Shown: in pieces, positions 49,482 to 59,911 of the stretch
Numbering within the stretch: position 1 is the stretch's first letter
Layout of the letters: each line of letters starts with the position of its first letter
Source: a bacterium
GTDB lineage: Bacteria; Bacillota_I; Bacilli_A; RFN20; CAG-826
Reading direction: 5' to 3'
DNA: 64,000 nt
NCBI GenBank assembly: GCA_963605025.1
Contig: CAVCSZ010000006.1
Location: forward strand, 51 to 64,050
Made by a program: the position numbers and the translations under genes
The notes under the pieces: model-generated
The model's input: the letters and a program-made list of their open reading frames with translations, nothing else
What the model was told of the DNA's origin: nothing
Database searches by the model: none

Positions 49482-50405
49482 TTAAAAACATTTTAAATTT
49501 AATATTTTATCTGCTAATTTACAAATAGTCTTTTTGTTATATTTTAATGAAGATAAAATATTATCTTCTAAATAATCTTGAGAAATTGAAGTATATGAAG
49601 CAACTATACTTGCAAGATAAACATTGAATAATTCATCATTATTAAAAAAACTAGGTAAATTCATCATAATATATGGAACAAATAAATTATTAAATATTTC
49701 ACATATTGTAATGTTTTTTTCTTCATCTTTAATTTTATTTAAATAAAAAGAAACTTCTTTAAGATATTCACTATATTTTTCTTCATAATTTTTAGGATTA
49801 ATAATAAATAATTTAGAATTATTAGTAAAAGTTAATGTTTCATCATATTTTCTTGTAACTAGTTGAACAAATAACATCGCTTTAGCGTAATCCCGTTCCC
49901 TTCTTTTTTTAAAAGCTTCTGCTATTAATGTATTAACACTAAATAAATCAGTTTGACTTTCAAATTCTTTTAAATCATTTAAACCTATAAATACTTTATT
50001 AATTGATTGATCTATTAAATTTGAATATATATTTTTAATTGATAATCTTAAATTAGCTTTATTTTGTAAATATTCTTTTTCATTTTTAAGATTAAAGAAC
50101 ATTGTAGGAATATCTTTTATTAATTCTTCTTGATTAATGTTTTTATAAGGTAAATCTTTAATTTTTTCATAAAAATCATTAAATTCATTATCTTTTTTTA
50201 ATTCAATTAAACTTACTAGATATTGATTAACAAATTCTTTTAAGTTAAAGTCTACTAAAACTTTAAAATTATTATTTAAAATTTGATAAGCATCAAGATA
50301 TTTTTCTAAAGAAAATAAAGTATCTATTTTTTTAAAATATATAGAATAATCTATTTTATCTTTTTTATTATTTAATTCTTTTATTTTATAGATTTTATCA
50401 CTCAT
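49482..50405 (-). CDS. hypothetical helical protein (possibly the YsoA-like TPR protein found next to tig in Bacillus)
   Basis: 307 aa with no motif recognised. The composition suggests all-helical repeats. The assignment rests only on position between uvrC and tig. Confidence 0.55.
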   Translation of the reverse strand: MSDKIYKIKELNNKKDKIDYSIYFKKIDTLFSLEKYLDAYQILNNNFKVLVDFNLKEFVNQYLVSLIELKKDNEFNDFYEKIKDLPYKNINQEELIKDIPTMFFNLKNEKEYLQNKANLRLSIKNIYSNLIDQSINKVFIGLNDLKEFESQTDLFSVNTLIAEAFKKRRERDYAKAMLFVQLVTRKYDETLTFTNNSKLFIINPKNYEEKYSEYLKEVSFYLNKIKDEEKNITICEIFNNLFVPYIMMNLPSFFNNDELFNVYLASIVASYTSISQDYLEDNILSSLKYNKKTICKLADKILNLKCF

Positions 50406-50407
50406 AA

Positions 50408-52162
50408 TTAACTCCTTATTTTATTATAAAGGTTTTTTGCAACATTTTTAGGTAAAATTTGTTCTAATTCTATTAAAGATGCTTTTTTTAAATCTTCTAT
50501 AGTAGGATAAGATTTTAATAAATTTTCTTTTCTTTTATCACCTATTCCTTCTACTTCATCAAATATTGATTTAAACATATTTTTGTTTCTTTTATGAATA
50601 TGTGAAGAAATTGCAAAACGATGTATTGAATCTTGCATTTTAGTTAAAAATAAAAATAAATCTTTATCTTTAATTTCTATTTCTTGATAAGAAGAATTCA
50701 TTAAAGAATTAGTGCGGTGTTTATCATTTTTAATAAGACCACATAAAGGGATATTAATATCTAATTCTTTTAATACTTGATTAGCAATTTCTATTTGATT
50801 TTTTCCTCCATCTAATATTATTAAATCAGGAAAATTTATTTTTTCTTCTTTTAATCTAGAATATCTACGATATAATACTTCTTTCATTGAAGATAAATCA
50901 TCTTTTTTATTATAAGAATTAATATTATAAATACGACTATTCTTTTTAACTTCTTCTCCTTCAATAAAATTAACCATTGCACCAATTGCGTTAGTGCCTT
51001 GTAAATGAGAATTATCAAATAATTCTATTGAATGAGGATATTTAATATTTAATAAATCTTTTAATTCATTTAATAATTTTTCATTAGATTTTTTATATGA
51101 TTTATAACTAAAATAATTAGATAAATTCTCTTTAGCGTTCATTATAGAATTATTAATAATATCTAAATATTTACCATTTTTAGTAAGTATAATTTTAGTA
51201 TTTATATTATTTTCTAATTCATTTTTAATATATTCATTACTTACTATAATTTCATTAGGTAAAGGTATAGATAAATAATATTGATATAGAATAGATAAAA
51301 TAAAATCTAAAGGTTCTTCAATTATTTCTAAATTAAATTCTTTTTTATTAATTAATAATCCTTTTCTATAAATTAAAATATTAATAGAAACATATTCTTC
51401 ATTAATATAAAATCCTATAAAATCACGATCTAAATTATCAAAAAATTCTACATTTTGTTTTTCATTAATATAATTTAAAGAATCTAATTTCTTTTTAAAT
51501 TCTAAAGCATTTTCATAATCCATTTTAGAAGAATAATATTCAATTTTTTCTTTTATTAATTTAATTAATTCATTATTATTTCCTTTTAAAATAGAATCAA
51601 TTTGATTAATTATTTTATCGTAATCTTCTTTATTTATTTTATTAATGCAAGGCGCTAAACAATTGTTTAAATGATAATATAAACATGAATTTTTTCCTAC
51701 ATTTTTACATTTTCTTAAAGGAAATAATGAATTTATTAAATCAATTACTTCAAATGCATTATTACTAGATGGATATGGTCCATAATATTTAGATTTAGAA
51801 TTATTTAATCTTCTTGCTATTCCTATATATGGATCTTTTATTTTAGTATGTAATTCAATATACGGATAATGTTTATCATCCATTAATAAAACATTATATT
51901 TAGGATGATTTTTTTGAATTAAATTCATTTCTAAAATTAAAGCTTCTTTTTCACTTTGAGTAATAATAGTTTCAAAATGATTAACATGAGACACCATTGC
52001 TTTAGTTTTTCCTACATGTTCTTTTAAAAAATATTGAGACACTCTATTTTTTAAATTTTTAGCTTTTCCTATATAAATAATTTCGTTGTTTTCATTAAAC
52101 ATCAAATAGCAACCTGGAAGGTTAGGAAGTAAGTCTATTTGATTCTTTATTAAATCAGTCAT
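50408..52162 (-). CDS. uvrC: excinuclease ABC subunit C
   Basis: 584 aa with a GIY-YIG N-terminus (GCYLMFNENNEIIYIGKAKNLKNRV), a UvrBC-binding region, the endonuclease domain and HhH. Confidence 0.95.
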   Translation of the reverse strand: MTDLIKNQIDLLPNLPGCYLMFNENNEIIYIGKAKNLKNRVSQYFLKEHVGKTKAMVSHVNHFETIITQSEKEALILEMNLIQKNHPKYNVLLMDDKHYPYIELHTKIKDPYIGIARRLNNSKSKYYGPYPSSNNAFEVIDLINSLFPLRKCKNVGKNSCLYYHLNNCLAPCINKINKEDYDKIINQIDSILKGNNNELIKLIKEKIEYYSSKMDYENALEFKKKLDSLNYINEKQNVEFFDNLDRDFIGFYINEEYVSINILIYRKGLLINKKEFNLEIIEEPLDFILSILYQYYLSIPLPNEIIVSNEYIKNELENNINTKIILTKNGKYLDIINNSIMNAKENLSNYFSYKSYKKSNEKLLNELKDLLNIKYPHSIELFDNSHLQGTNAIGAMVNFIEGEEVKKNSRIYNINSYNKKDDLSSMKEVLYRRYSRLKEEKINFPDLIILDGGKNQIEIANQVLKELDINIPLCGLIKNDKHRTNSLMNSSYQEIEIKDKDLFLFLTKMQDSIHRFAISSHIHKRNKNMFKSIFDEVEGIGDKRKENLLKSYPTIEDLKKASLIELEQILPKNVAKNLYNKIRS

Positions 52163-52176
52163 TTTTTAGTATATAA

Positions 52177-54474
52177 TTAGTCATTTTTAAGTTTTACTAT
52201 TGTAGATCCATTTCCTCCATTAGTTTCATTTCCTAAAGAGAATTCTTTTACATATTTATTTTTTCTTAATTCTTCATGAATTGCTTCTTTTAATTTACCA
52301 GTTCCAAATCCATGAATAATTTTAACATTAGTTAATTTTTTACTATAAGCTTCACTTAAATAATCTTTTAAAGCTTCAATTCCTTCATAAATATGATAAC
52401 CTATTAAATTTAAAGAACTAGATACTTGTTTAGCATTTAAAATAGTATCATCAATATTAATATTAGAAACTATTTTATTAGATTTAGGTACATTTATTCT
52501 TTTTAAATTATCTAAAGTAGTATTATAAGAAAAACCATTATCATCAATAACTTTAACTTTATTTTTACGAATATCTAATACTACTCCTTTAGTTTCAATA
52601 TTTTTAATTAAAACAGTATCTCCAATATTAATATCTTCAATTTTAGATTCTTCTAAAGTAATTTCTGCTAATTTATCTAATGCTTTTTTATGATTTTTTT
52701 CTTTAATAAAATCATTATAAATATTAGAAATTTCTTTATATTTTTGTTCTAATAAATTATCAAAATTTTTAATTTTTTGATTTTTTAAATCTTCTTCTTT
52801 TTTAGAAATAATATTTTTTTCTTTATCTAATTCACTTTGCATTTTAGATATTTTTTGTTCATAAATTTTTAATTTATCTTCTTTTCTAATTATTTCTCTT
52901 TCTTTTTCTTCAAGTAATTCTAATTTTCTATTTTCATCGCTCATATAATTTTTTTCAAAAATTTCTTTAGCGTCATTAATTACATTTTCATCAATTCCAA
53001 ATTTATTAGCAATTAAAAAACCATAACTTTTACCACTTACTCCTAAAATAAGTTTAAAAGTAGGTTTTATTTTCTTTTCATCAAAAATAAATGAAGCATT
53101 TAAAACAGATCTATTATCTAATCCAAATTTTTTAAGTAAAGTATAATGAGAAGAAATAATAGTAATAACTTTTTTAGATATTAAAAATTTAGAAATTGCT
53201 ATTGATAAAGCTTCTCCTTCTTTAGGATCAGTACCATTACAAAGTTCATCAAATAACACTAAATCTTTATTAGTTACATTTTTTAAAATATAAGAAATAT
53301 TAGAAATATGAGAACTAAAAGTAGATAAATTTGATTCTAATGATTGATTATCTCCAATATCTAAATAAATATTATTAAATAAACCTACTTCACTTCCTTC
53401 TTCAAGATTTAAAGGAATTCCTAATTTAGAAAGATAAATTAAAGTTCCAATTGTTTTTAACGCTACTGTTTTTCCTCCTGCATTAGGTCCACTTATTAAC
53501 ATTAAAGTTTTATCATTTCCTAAAATAAATGTATTAGGAACACAAATATTTTGATCTAATAAGGGATGTTTAGCGTTTATTAATTTAAATTCTTGAGTAT
53601 CAATTATTTTAGGAGTTATACAATTATATTTTTTTAAATATTTAACTTTAGATAATAAATAATCTATTTCTCCAATTGATTTATTATTAATAATAAGTTG
53701 AGGAGCATCAAAAATTATATGATTTTTAAATTCATTTAATATTTTATTAATTTCATCTCTCTCTTTTAATTCTAAAATTGCTTTATCATTTTCTAATTCT
53801 GCAATTTCAAATGGTTCTATAAAAGTAGTTAATCCACTATCTGAAATATCTTGAATTACTCCAGGTACACTACGTTTAAAACTAGTATTAACTGGTAAAA
53901 CAAAATGACCATTTTTAAGTAAATAATTATCACCTGTAATTTTATCTTTATTAGAAGATAATAAATTATTAATTACTTCTCTTATTTTTTTATCAATATT
54001 TCTTATTTCTTTTCTTAAATGAGCTAATTCAATACTAGCACTATCTAATATTTCTCCATTATTAGAAAATGTTTTATTTATTTTATCTAATAAATCTAAA
54101 TTAGGTTTAATTTTAGTAAATAATTCTTCTACATATAAAAATCTTTGATTTATTTTTTTATAAAATAAATTTAAATCATTACTAGACTTAATTTCTTCTT
54201 TTAAAAGAATTATTTTTTCTTCATTTAAATATTTACCTGCTTTTAAATCATTAATTTCTTTTTCTATATCTAATTTAGAAAAAATAGGTAAATTACCTTT
54301 TAATTCATAAATTTTTCTTATTTCATCTATTTTAGAATATTCTCTAGTTAATGATTTTTTATCATTATAAACTTTATAAGAATATAAAATTTCTTTACCT
54401 TTAATTGTTAATATAAATTCATTAATTAAATCAATAACTTTATTGATTTCTAAGACATCTTTAGCTTTTTTCAT
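52177..54474 (-). CDS. mutS2: endonuclease MutS2
   Basis: 765 aa with Walker A GPNAGGKTV, a central coiled coil and a C-terminal Smr domain (IIHGFGTGKLK). Confidence 0.9.
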   Translation of the reverse strand: MKKAKDVLEINKVIDLINEFILTIKGKEILYSYKVYNDKKSLTREYSKIDEIRKIYELKGNLPIFSKLDIEKEINDLKAGKYLNEEKIILLKEEIKSSNDLNLFYKKINQRFLYVEELFTKIKPNLDLLDKINKTFSNNGEILDSASIELAHLRKEIRNIDKKIREVINNLLSSNKDKITGDNYLLKNGHFVLPVNTSFKRSVPGVIQDISDSGLTTFIEPFEIAELENDKAILELKERDEINKILNEFKNHIIFDAPQLIINNKSIGEIDYLLSKVKYLKKYNCITPKIIDTQEFKLINAKHPLLDQNICVPNTFILGNDKTLMLISGPNAGGKTVALKTIGTLIYLSKLGIPLNLEEGSEVGLFNNIYLDIGDNQSLESNLSTFSSHISNISYILKNVTNKDLVLFDELCNGTDPKEGEALSIAISKFLISKKVITIISSHYTLLKKFGLDNRSVLNASFIFDEKKIKPTFKLILGVSGKSYGFLIANKFGIDENVINDAKEIFEKNYMSDENRKLELLEEKEREIIRKEDKLKIYEQKISKMQSELDKEKNIISKKEEDLKNQKIKNFDNLLEQKYKEISNIYNDFIKEKNHKKALDKLAEITLEESKIEDINIGDTVLIKNIETKGVVLDIRKNKVKVIDDNGFSYNTTLDNLKRINVPKSNKIVSNINIDDTILNAKQVSSSLNLIGYHIYEGIEALKDYLSEAYSKKLTNVKIIHGFGTGKLKEAIHEELRKNKYVKEFSLGNETNGGNGSTIVKLKND

Positions 54475-54480
54475 TAATAT

Positions 54481-54489
54481 ATTTTAGCA
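54481..54489 (-). promoter_or_regulatory. extended -10 element TGcTAAAAT, 6 nt upstream of the mutS2 ATG (candidate leaderless promoter)
   Basis: The minus strand reads TGCTAAAAT-ATATTA-ATG (ATG at 54474). No SD. Confidence 0.45.
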
Positions 54490-54538
54490 TTTATATATAA
54501 CTTAATTAAATATTTTTATTATTTAAAATTTAAAAAAG

Positions 54539-54547
54539 TGATAAAAT
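54539..54547 (+). promoter_or_regulatory. extended -10 element TGaTAAAAT, 7 nt upstream of the rnhC ATG (candidate leaderless promoter)
   Basis: TGATAAAAT-AAAATTA-ATG (ATG at 54555). No SD. Confidence 0.45.
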
Positions 54548-54554
54548 AAAATTA

Positions 54555-55460
54555 ATGATAACAATTAAAGTAAATAAAGATGATTTAGAAAAAATCGAAA
54601 ACGATTATAAAGATTATGTAGTAGATAGAAATATTGGATATATTTTATTTGTAATTAAAAAGGATAATAATATTATTACTGCTTATAATAATAAAAAAGG
54701 TAATAATTTTTCAGTAACTTTTCAAGGAGAGGATCCTTATTCTATTGCTAAAAATTATTCTCATAATCAAAATATTCCTAAAAAGAATAAAGAATCTAAA
54801 GAATCTCCTATTTACATTGATTGTAACGCTCAAATTGGAAGTGATGAAGTAGGAACAGGAGACTTTTTAGGACCTGTTGTAGTTTGTAGTGCTTTTGTAG
54901 ATGAAGAAACTATGAAATTAATTAATGAATATAATATTTCAGATAGTAAAAAGATAAAAGATAGTGATATTTTAAAATTTGTACCTTCTATTATTAATAA
55001 AATTCATTATGATAAAGAAGTATTATCTATTGAAAGATATAATCTCGCTAAAGATAAAGGATTTAATTTAAATGCTATTAAAGCAATTTTACATAATAAA
55101 GTTTTATTAACTTTACATAAAAAATGTCCTTATGTATCAAATATTTATGTTGATCAATTTGTAAATGAAGATAAATATTATGAATATTTAAAAAATATTA
55201 AAACTGTTCAAAAAGATATTATTTTCAAAGAAAAAGGCGAAACTTATTTTCCAAGTGTCGCCCTTGCTAGTTGTTTAGCGAGATATTTTTTCTTAAAAGA
55301 AATTGAAGCAATAAATTTAAAATATGATGTAAAAATTCCATTAGGTGCAGGAGAAAAAGTAGATACTTTCTCAAAAGCATTTATTAAAAAATTTGGAATT
55401 GAAGAATTTAATAAAATTGCTAAAAAATCTTTTATAAATTATCAAAAAGTTATAAATTAA
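54555..55460 (+). CDS. rnhC: ribonuclease HIII
   Basis: 301 aa with an N-terminal substrate-binding domain and the RNase HII/HIII catalytic motif GSDEVGTGDFLGP. Confidence 0.85.
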   Translation: MITIKVNKDDLEKIENDYKDYVVDRNIGYILFVIKKDNNIITAYNNKKGNNFSVTFQGEDPYSIAKNYSHNQNIPKKNKESKESPIYIDCNAQIGSDEVGTGDFLGPVVVCSAFVDEETMKLINEYNISDSKKIKDSDILKFVPSIINKIHYDKEVLSIERYNLAKDKGFNLNAIKAILHNKVLLTLHKKCPYVSNIYVDQFVNEDKYYEYLKNIKTVQKDIIFKEKGETYFPSVALASCLARYFFLKEIEAINLKYDVKIPLGAGEKVDTFSKAFIKKFGIEEFNKIAKKSFINYQKVIN

Positions 55461-56363
55461 TTACTTTAATGTATCTAAAATATTTTTAAAATAATCAGGT
55501 AATGGAGCTTCTAAAGTCATTACCTTTTTACTACGAGGATGAGTAAAAGTTAATCTATAAGCATGAAGTAATTGACCTTCATTATATATTGAACATGATC
55601 CTCCATATAATTTATCACCTACTAAAGGATGATTTATACTAGAAAGATGCACTCTAATTTGATGAGTTCTTCCAGTTTCTAATGTACAATCAATAAAAGT
55701 ATAATTTTTAAATCTTTTCATTACCTTAAAATGAGTAATAGCTTCTTTCCCATTTATTTTATCAATTGACATCTTTAATCTATTTTGTTTATCTCTTCCA
55801 ATTGGTCCAATGATTTTACCATTTTCTTCTTCAATAACTCCATCTACTAAACAATAATATTCACGGTGCATTGAATGATCTTTTAATTGTTCTGCAATTA
55901 AATTATGAGAATAGTCATTTTTACATATTAAAAGTAATCCAGAAGTATCTTTATCAATTCGATGAACAATTCCTACTCGATTAACTCCATTAATTTTAGA
56001 TAATTCTATTTTATTATAAATTAAAGCATTTACTAAAGTATCATCTATATGACCACTTCCTGGATGTACTACTAAACCTCTAGGTTTATTTATTACTAAA
56101 ATATCATCATCTTCATAAATAATATCAAGTTCAAATTCATATGGTTTTAAATTTAAGTTTGAAGGTTTTTCTTCAAACTCAAATTCAATAACATCATTTT
56201 CTTTTACTTTATAAGATGGAGATTCATTTTTTCCATTAACAAATACTTTTTTATTTTTAATTAAATTAGAAAAATATTCTCTAGAATAATCTTTATTTAA
56301 AAGTGCTAAAGCTTTATCTAATCTTAATGTTTCAATATTTTTATTAATTATTAACTTGTTCAT
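55461..56363 (-). CDS. rluD: 23S rRNA pseudouridine synthase, RluD family
   Basis: 300 aa with an S4 domain and catalytic HRIDKDTSGLL. In the conserved ileS-lspA-rluD order. Confidence 0.9.
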   Translation of the reverse strand: MNKLIINKNIETLRLDKALALLNKDYSREYFSNLIKNKKVFVNGKNESPSYKVKENDVIEFEFEEKPSNLNLKPYEFELDIIYEDDDILVINKPRGLVVHPGSGHIDDTLVNALIYNKIELSKINGVNRVGIVHRIDKDTSGLLLICKNDYSHNLIAEQLKDHSMHREYYCLVDGVIEEENGKIIGPIGRDKQNRLKMSIDKINGKEAITHFKVMKRFKNYTFIDCTLETGRTHQIRVHLSSINHPLVGDKLYGGSCSIYNEGQLLHAYRLTFTHPRSKKVMTLEAPLPDYFKNILDTLK

Positions 56364-57021
56364 TTTTATTTTCTATTACTTCTTTATTTTCTTTATTTTC
56401 TTCTTTTACTTCTTCTTTTTTATCATCATTACCTTTAAAAATATCAATAATAAACATAATAAGTAAAATTACAATACCAATAATTAAAGAAGAATCTGCT
56501 AAATTAAATACTCCAAATCCAGGAATTAAAGGAGAAACATCAATAAAATCAATAACTCCACAAGGATTACCCCAAAAGAAAGTTCTATCAATTAAATTTC
56601 CTAAATTTCCTCCATAAATTAAAGCTGCAATAACCATATAAATAACTTTAAATTTATGATTTTTCTTTAAATAGAAATATAAATAAATTGGAAGTCCAAT
56701 AAATACAATCCAAGAAATTAAAATAAATATTATTCTTGACCACATCATATTGCCACCCATTCCAAAAGCAGCACCATTATTAGTTAATAATGTAAAATTT
56801 AAAAATCCTGGAATAATATTAACTGATTTTCCTATTTGATCTGGAAGATCAGTATTTGGTTTTAAAGTAGATGTTAAAGGACCTAATAAGTTATATGCTA
56901 ACCATTTACTTCCTTGATCAAGTAAAACTACAAATAAAGTAATAATTAAAAACCAAATAAATACAATTTTATTATTTTTAATTATTTCTTTAATATTTTT
57001 AAACATCTTGGACATAAACAT
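56344..57021 (-). CDS. lspA: lipoprotein signal peptidase II
   Basis: 225 aa with NNGAAFG and FNLADS motifs and a Lys/Glu-rich C-terminal tail. Possible ATG starts at 57021, 57015 and 57006 all overlap the ileS 3' end. Confidence 0.85.
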   Translation of the reverse strand: MFMSKMFKNIKEIIKNNKIVFIWFLIITLFVVLLDQGSKWLAYNLLGPLTSTLKPNTDLPDQIGKSVNIIPGFLNFTLLTNNGAAFGMGGNMMWSRIIFILISWIVFIGLPIYLYFYLKKNHKFKVIYMVIAALIYGGNLGNLIDRTFFWGNPCGVIDFIDVSPLIPGFGVFNLADSSLIIGIVILLIMFIIDIFKGNDDKKEEVKEENKENKEVIENKNEQVNN

Positions 57022-59711
57022 TCCTCTTCTACTTTTACCATAACTTTAGAATCAAAGTAATTCCAACATCTAGAACATCTTTCACCTTCATGATGGATAA
57101 CTTTAATAAAACTAACATTACCTTTATTTTCATTTAAATTATTATCAAATTCTACTTCACTAACAATAAATAATTTAGCGAGTTCATCGTTAGAAATTGA
57201 TTTTAAAATTTCCTTAACTTTATCATTAAAAACATTTAAAGTTACTTTAGCTTCTTGAGAAGTTTTAATAATTTGATTTTCTCTTGCTACTGCAAGTTGT
57301 TTTAAGCAATCATCTCTTAATAATTTAAAATTATTATATTCTTCTAATAATTCTTTTGAATAATTTGAAGATTTTTTAACCATTGGATAAAGCATTACAT
57401 TATCAAATTCTTTAAATGGATAGAATGAATTTACTTCATCCATTGTAAATGGTAATACAGGATTTAATAAAATCATTAATGTTTTTAAAATTTCATTAAT
57501 AACATAAACAACTTCTTTTCTTCTAGATGAAGAAACATCATCACAATAAAGTGTATCTTTTGCAAAATCTAAATAAATTGATGATAAATCACTACTAATA
57601 AATGCTAAAAGTTTAGTCATACCATTAATAAAATTATATTTATCAAATGAATCTAAATATTGATTTTTAACTTCTTCAAGTTTAGCAAGAATAAATAAAT
57701 CCATTTTTTCTTTAATTTCAATCTTTTCATCTTTATTAAAAGTAGAAACATTTCCTAATAAGAATTTAAATGTATTTCTAATTTTTCTATATTGTTCAGA
57801 AATTGTTTTAATAATTCCTTCACTAATTCTAACATCTTGTTGATAATCTACTAAACTTGCCCATAATCTTAAAGTATCTGCACCATAAATATTAATAATC
57901 TTTAATGGATCAATACCATTTCCTTTAGATTTAGACATTTTTTCCCATTTTTCATCCATAACGAATCCATGAGAAACACATTCTTTATAAGGAGAAACTC
58001 CATTTACTCCTACTGATAAAATTAATGAAGAATTAAACCATCCTCTATATTGATCACTACCTTCTAAATATAAATCTGCTGGATATTTTTCATTTCTTTC
58101 TTTTAAAACACCAGCCCAAGAAGATCCACTATCAAACCAAACATCCATAATATCTTTTTCTTTAGTAAATATTCCATTTGGAGAATGACTAGAAGTAAAT
58201 CCTTCTGGTAATAATTCTTTTACATCTTTTAAATACCAAGCATTACTACCTTCTTCTCTAATAATTTTTTCAATATGATCAAATACTTCTTTATCAATAA
58301 TTGGAGTTTCATCTTCACAATAAATAATTGGAAGTGGAACACCCCAAGCTCTTTGACGTGAAATACACCAATCTGCTCTATCTTTAATCATATTAACCAT
58401 ACGAGTTTCACCCCATGTAGGTTGCCATTTAACATTATGAATTTCTTTAATTAATTCTTCTCTAATTGGTTCAATAGAACAGAACCATTGTTTAGTAGCT
58501 CTAAAAATAACTGGTTTATGTGTTCTCCAATCATGAGGATAAGAGTGAACAATATCTTCTTCTTTTAAAAGATGATGATTTTCAGTTAAGATTTTTAAAA
58601 CTTCTTCGTTAGCGTCTTCATAAAATTTACCAGCTAATCTTTCGCCAGTTTCACTAGTTAAATTACCATGTTCATCAACTGGACAATAAGGTTTAATATT
58701 ATATTTTAAACAAACCATATAATCATCCATACCATGTCCTGGAGCAATATGTACTAAACCAGTACCACTATCACTTGTAACATAATCTCCATTAATAACT
58801 AAAGATTCTTTATCATAAAAAGGATGTTTACAAACAATATATTCTAATTCACTACCTTTAAAAGTTTTAATTAATTCACATTTAGTTAAAGATAATTTTT
58901 CTACTAATTTATCTTTTAATTCTAATAAGAAAACAAGTTTTCCTTCATTAGTATCAAATAATCCATATTCAAATTTAGGATGTGCACAAATTGCTAAATT
59001 AGCAGGTAATGTCCATGGAGTTGTAGTCCAAATAACAAATTTTGAATCATTAGGTACAACATTTTTTCCATCTTTAACATCAAAAGAAACGAAAATTGTA
59101 TATGCTTTAACATCAGCATATTCAATTTCAGCTTCTGCTAAAGCAGATTCACTTGAAGGTGACCAATAAACTGGTTTTAATCCTTTATAAATTAAACCTT
59201 TTAAAGCCATTTCTGCAAAAGCATGGATTTCATTAGCTTCAAATTCTTTATATAAAGTTAAATATGGATGATCAAAATCTCCTAAACAACCTAATCTTTT
59301 AATATCAGCTTTTTGTCTTTCTACTTGAGTTAAAGCATATTCATAACATTTTTGTCTAAAATCAACTAAAGGTGTTGTTTTTCTATTAACTCCACTTTTA
59401 GTAACCATATTTTCAATTGGTAAACCATGTGTATCCCATCCAAAAATAAAATCAGTTTTGTATCCATTCATATTTTTATAACGAATAACAAAATCTTTTA
59501 ATAATCTATTTAACATATGTCCACAATGCATAGCTCCGTTAGCGTATGGAGGTCCATCATGTAACATAAATTCTAAATCTTTATTTTCATTAACTTTAGA
59601 ATAAATATTTTGATTATCCCATTTTTCTAAAACTTTAGGTTCTTTTTGATTTAAATTACCTCTCATTTCAAATCCAGTTTTAGGCATTAATAAACTATCT
59701 TTTACTTCCAT
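56982..59711 (-). CDS. ileS: isoleucine--tRNA ligase
   Basis: 909 aa with a HIGH-type motif (MHCGHM), KMSKS and a C-terminal zinc finger CSRCW...CPRC. GGGAG lies upstream. Confidence 0.95.
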   Translation of the reverse strand: MEVKDSLLMPKTGFEMRGNLNQKEPKVLEKWDNQNIYSKVNENKDLEFMLHDGPPYANGAMHCGHMLNRLLKDFVIRYKNMNGYKTDFIFGWDTHGLPIENMVTKSGVNRKTTPLVDFRQKCYEYALTQVERQKADIKRLGCLGDFDHPYLTLYKEFEANEIHAFAEMALKGLIYKGLKPVYWSPSSESALAEAEIEYADVKAYTIFVSFDVKDGKNVVPNDSKFVIWTTTPWTLPANLAICAHPKFEYGLFDTNEGKLVFLLELKDKLVEKLSLTKCELIKTFKGSELEYIVCKHPFYDKESLVINGDYVTSDSGTGLVHIAPGHGMDDYMVCLKYNIKPYCPVDEHGNLTSETGERLAGKFYEDANEEVLKILTENHHLLKEEDIVHSYPHDWRTHKPVIFRATKQWFCSIEPIREELIKEIHNVKWQPTWGETRMVNMIKDRADWCISRQRAWGVPLPIIYCEDETPIIDKEVFDHIEKIIREEGSNAWYLKDVKELLPEGFTSSHSPNGIFTKEKDIMDVWFDSGSSWAGVLKERNEKYPADLYLEGSDQYRGWFNSSLILSVGVNGVSPYKECVSHGFVMDEKWEKMSKSKGNGIDPLKIINIYGADTLRLWASLVDYQQDVRISEGIIKTISEQYRKIRNTFKFLLGNVSTFNKDEKIEIKEKMDLFILAKLEEVKNQYLDSFDKYNFINGMTKLLAFISSDLSSIYLDFAKDTLYCDDVSSSRRKEVVYVINEILKTLMILLNPVLPFTMDEVNSFYPFKEFDNVMLYPMVKKSSNYSKELLEEYNNFKLLRDDCLKQLAVARENQIIKTSQEAKVTLNVFNDKVKEILKSISNDELAKLFIVSEVEFDNNLNENKGNVSFIKVIHHEGERCSRCWNYFDSKVMVKVEEECLCPRCLKILKK

Positions 59712-59911
59712 ATTTTCTCCCTTATAAATAAAAAATCCTTAGAATAAATCTAAGGACGAATTACCGTGTTACCACCTTAGTTATTAAGTAAAATTACTTA
59801 ATCACTTATAAAAATTAAAATTAAACAAAAAGTGATACCTTTATTAATTTTGTAAACATTTTCACCAAACATGTTCTCTCTTCCACAAATAAAAAATAAA
59901 GACTTGTCTTT
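59712..59911 (-). promoter_or_regulatory. T-box riboswitch leader of ileS
   Basis: On the minus strand: an AG-bulge-like GGAAGAGAGAA (59874-59884), a distal-loop-like helix AACAU-GUUUGGUGAAA-AUGUU, and the T-box sequence AAGGUGGUAACACGG (59764-59778) overlapping a terminator. Candidate Ile specifier codons are AUU (59846-59848) or AUA (59842-59844). The 5' boundary is approximate. Confidence 0.75.
59730..59756 (-). terminator. T-box expression-platform terminator
   Basis: The minus strand reads UCCUUAG-AUUUAUU-CUAAGGA followed by UUUUUU. The 5' arm can alternatively pair with the T-box sequence to form the antiterminator. Confidence 0.7.

Noticed and set aside
59898-59911. The hairpin AAAGAC-AA-GUCUUU followed by a U-run as terminator of the macrodomain-sirtuin operon.
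   Set aside because: The loop is only 2 nt and the stem is mostly A-U. It sits at the likely 5' edge of the T-box leader, so it may simply be part of that structure or chance.
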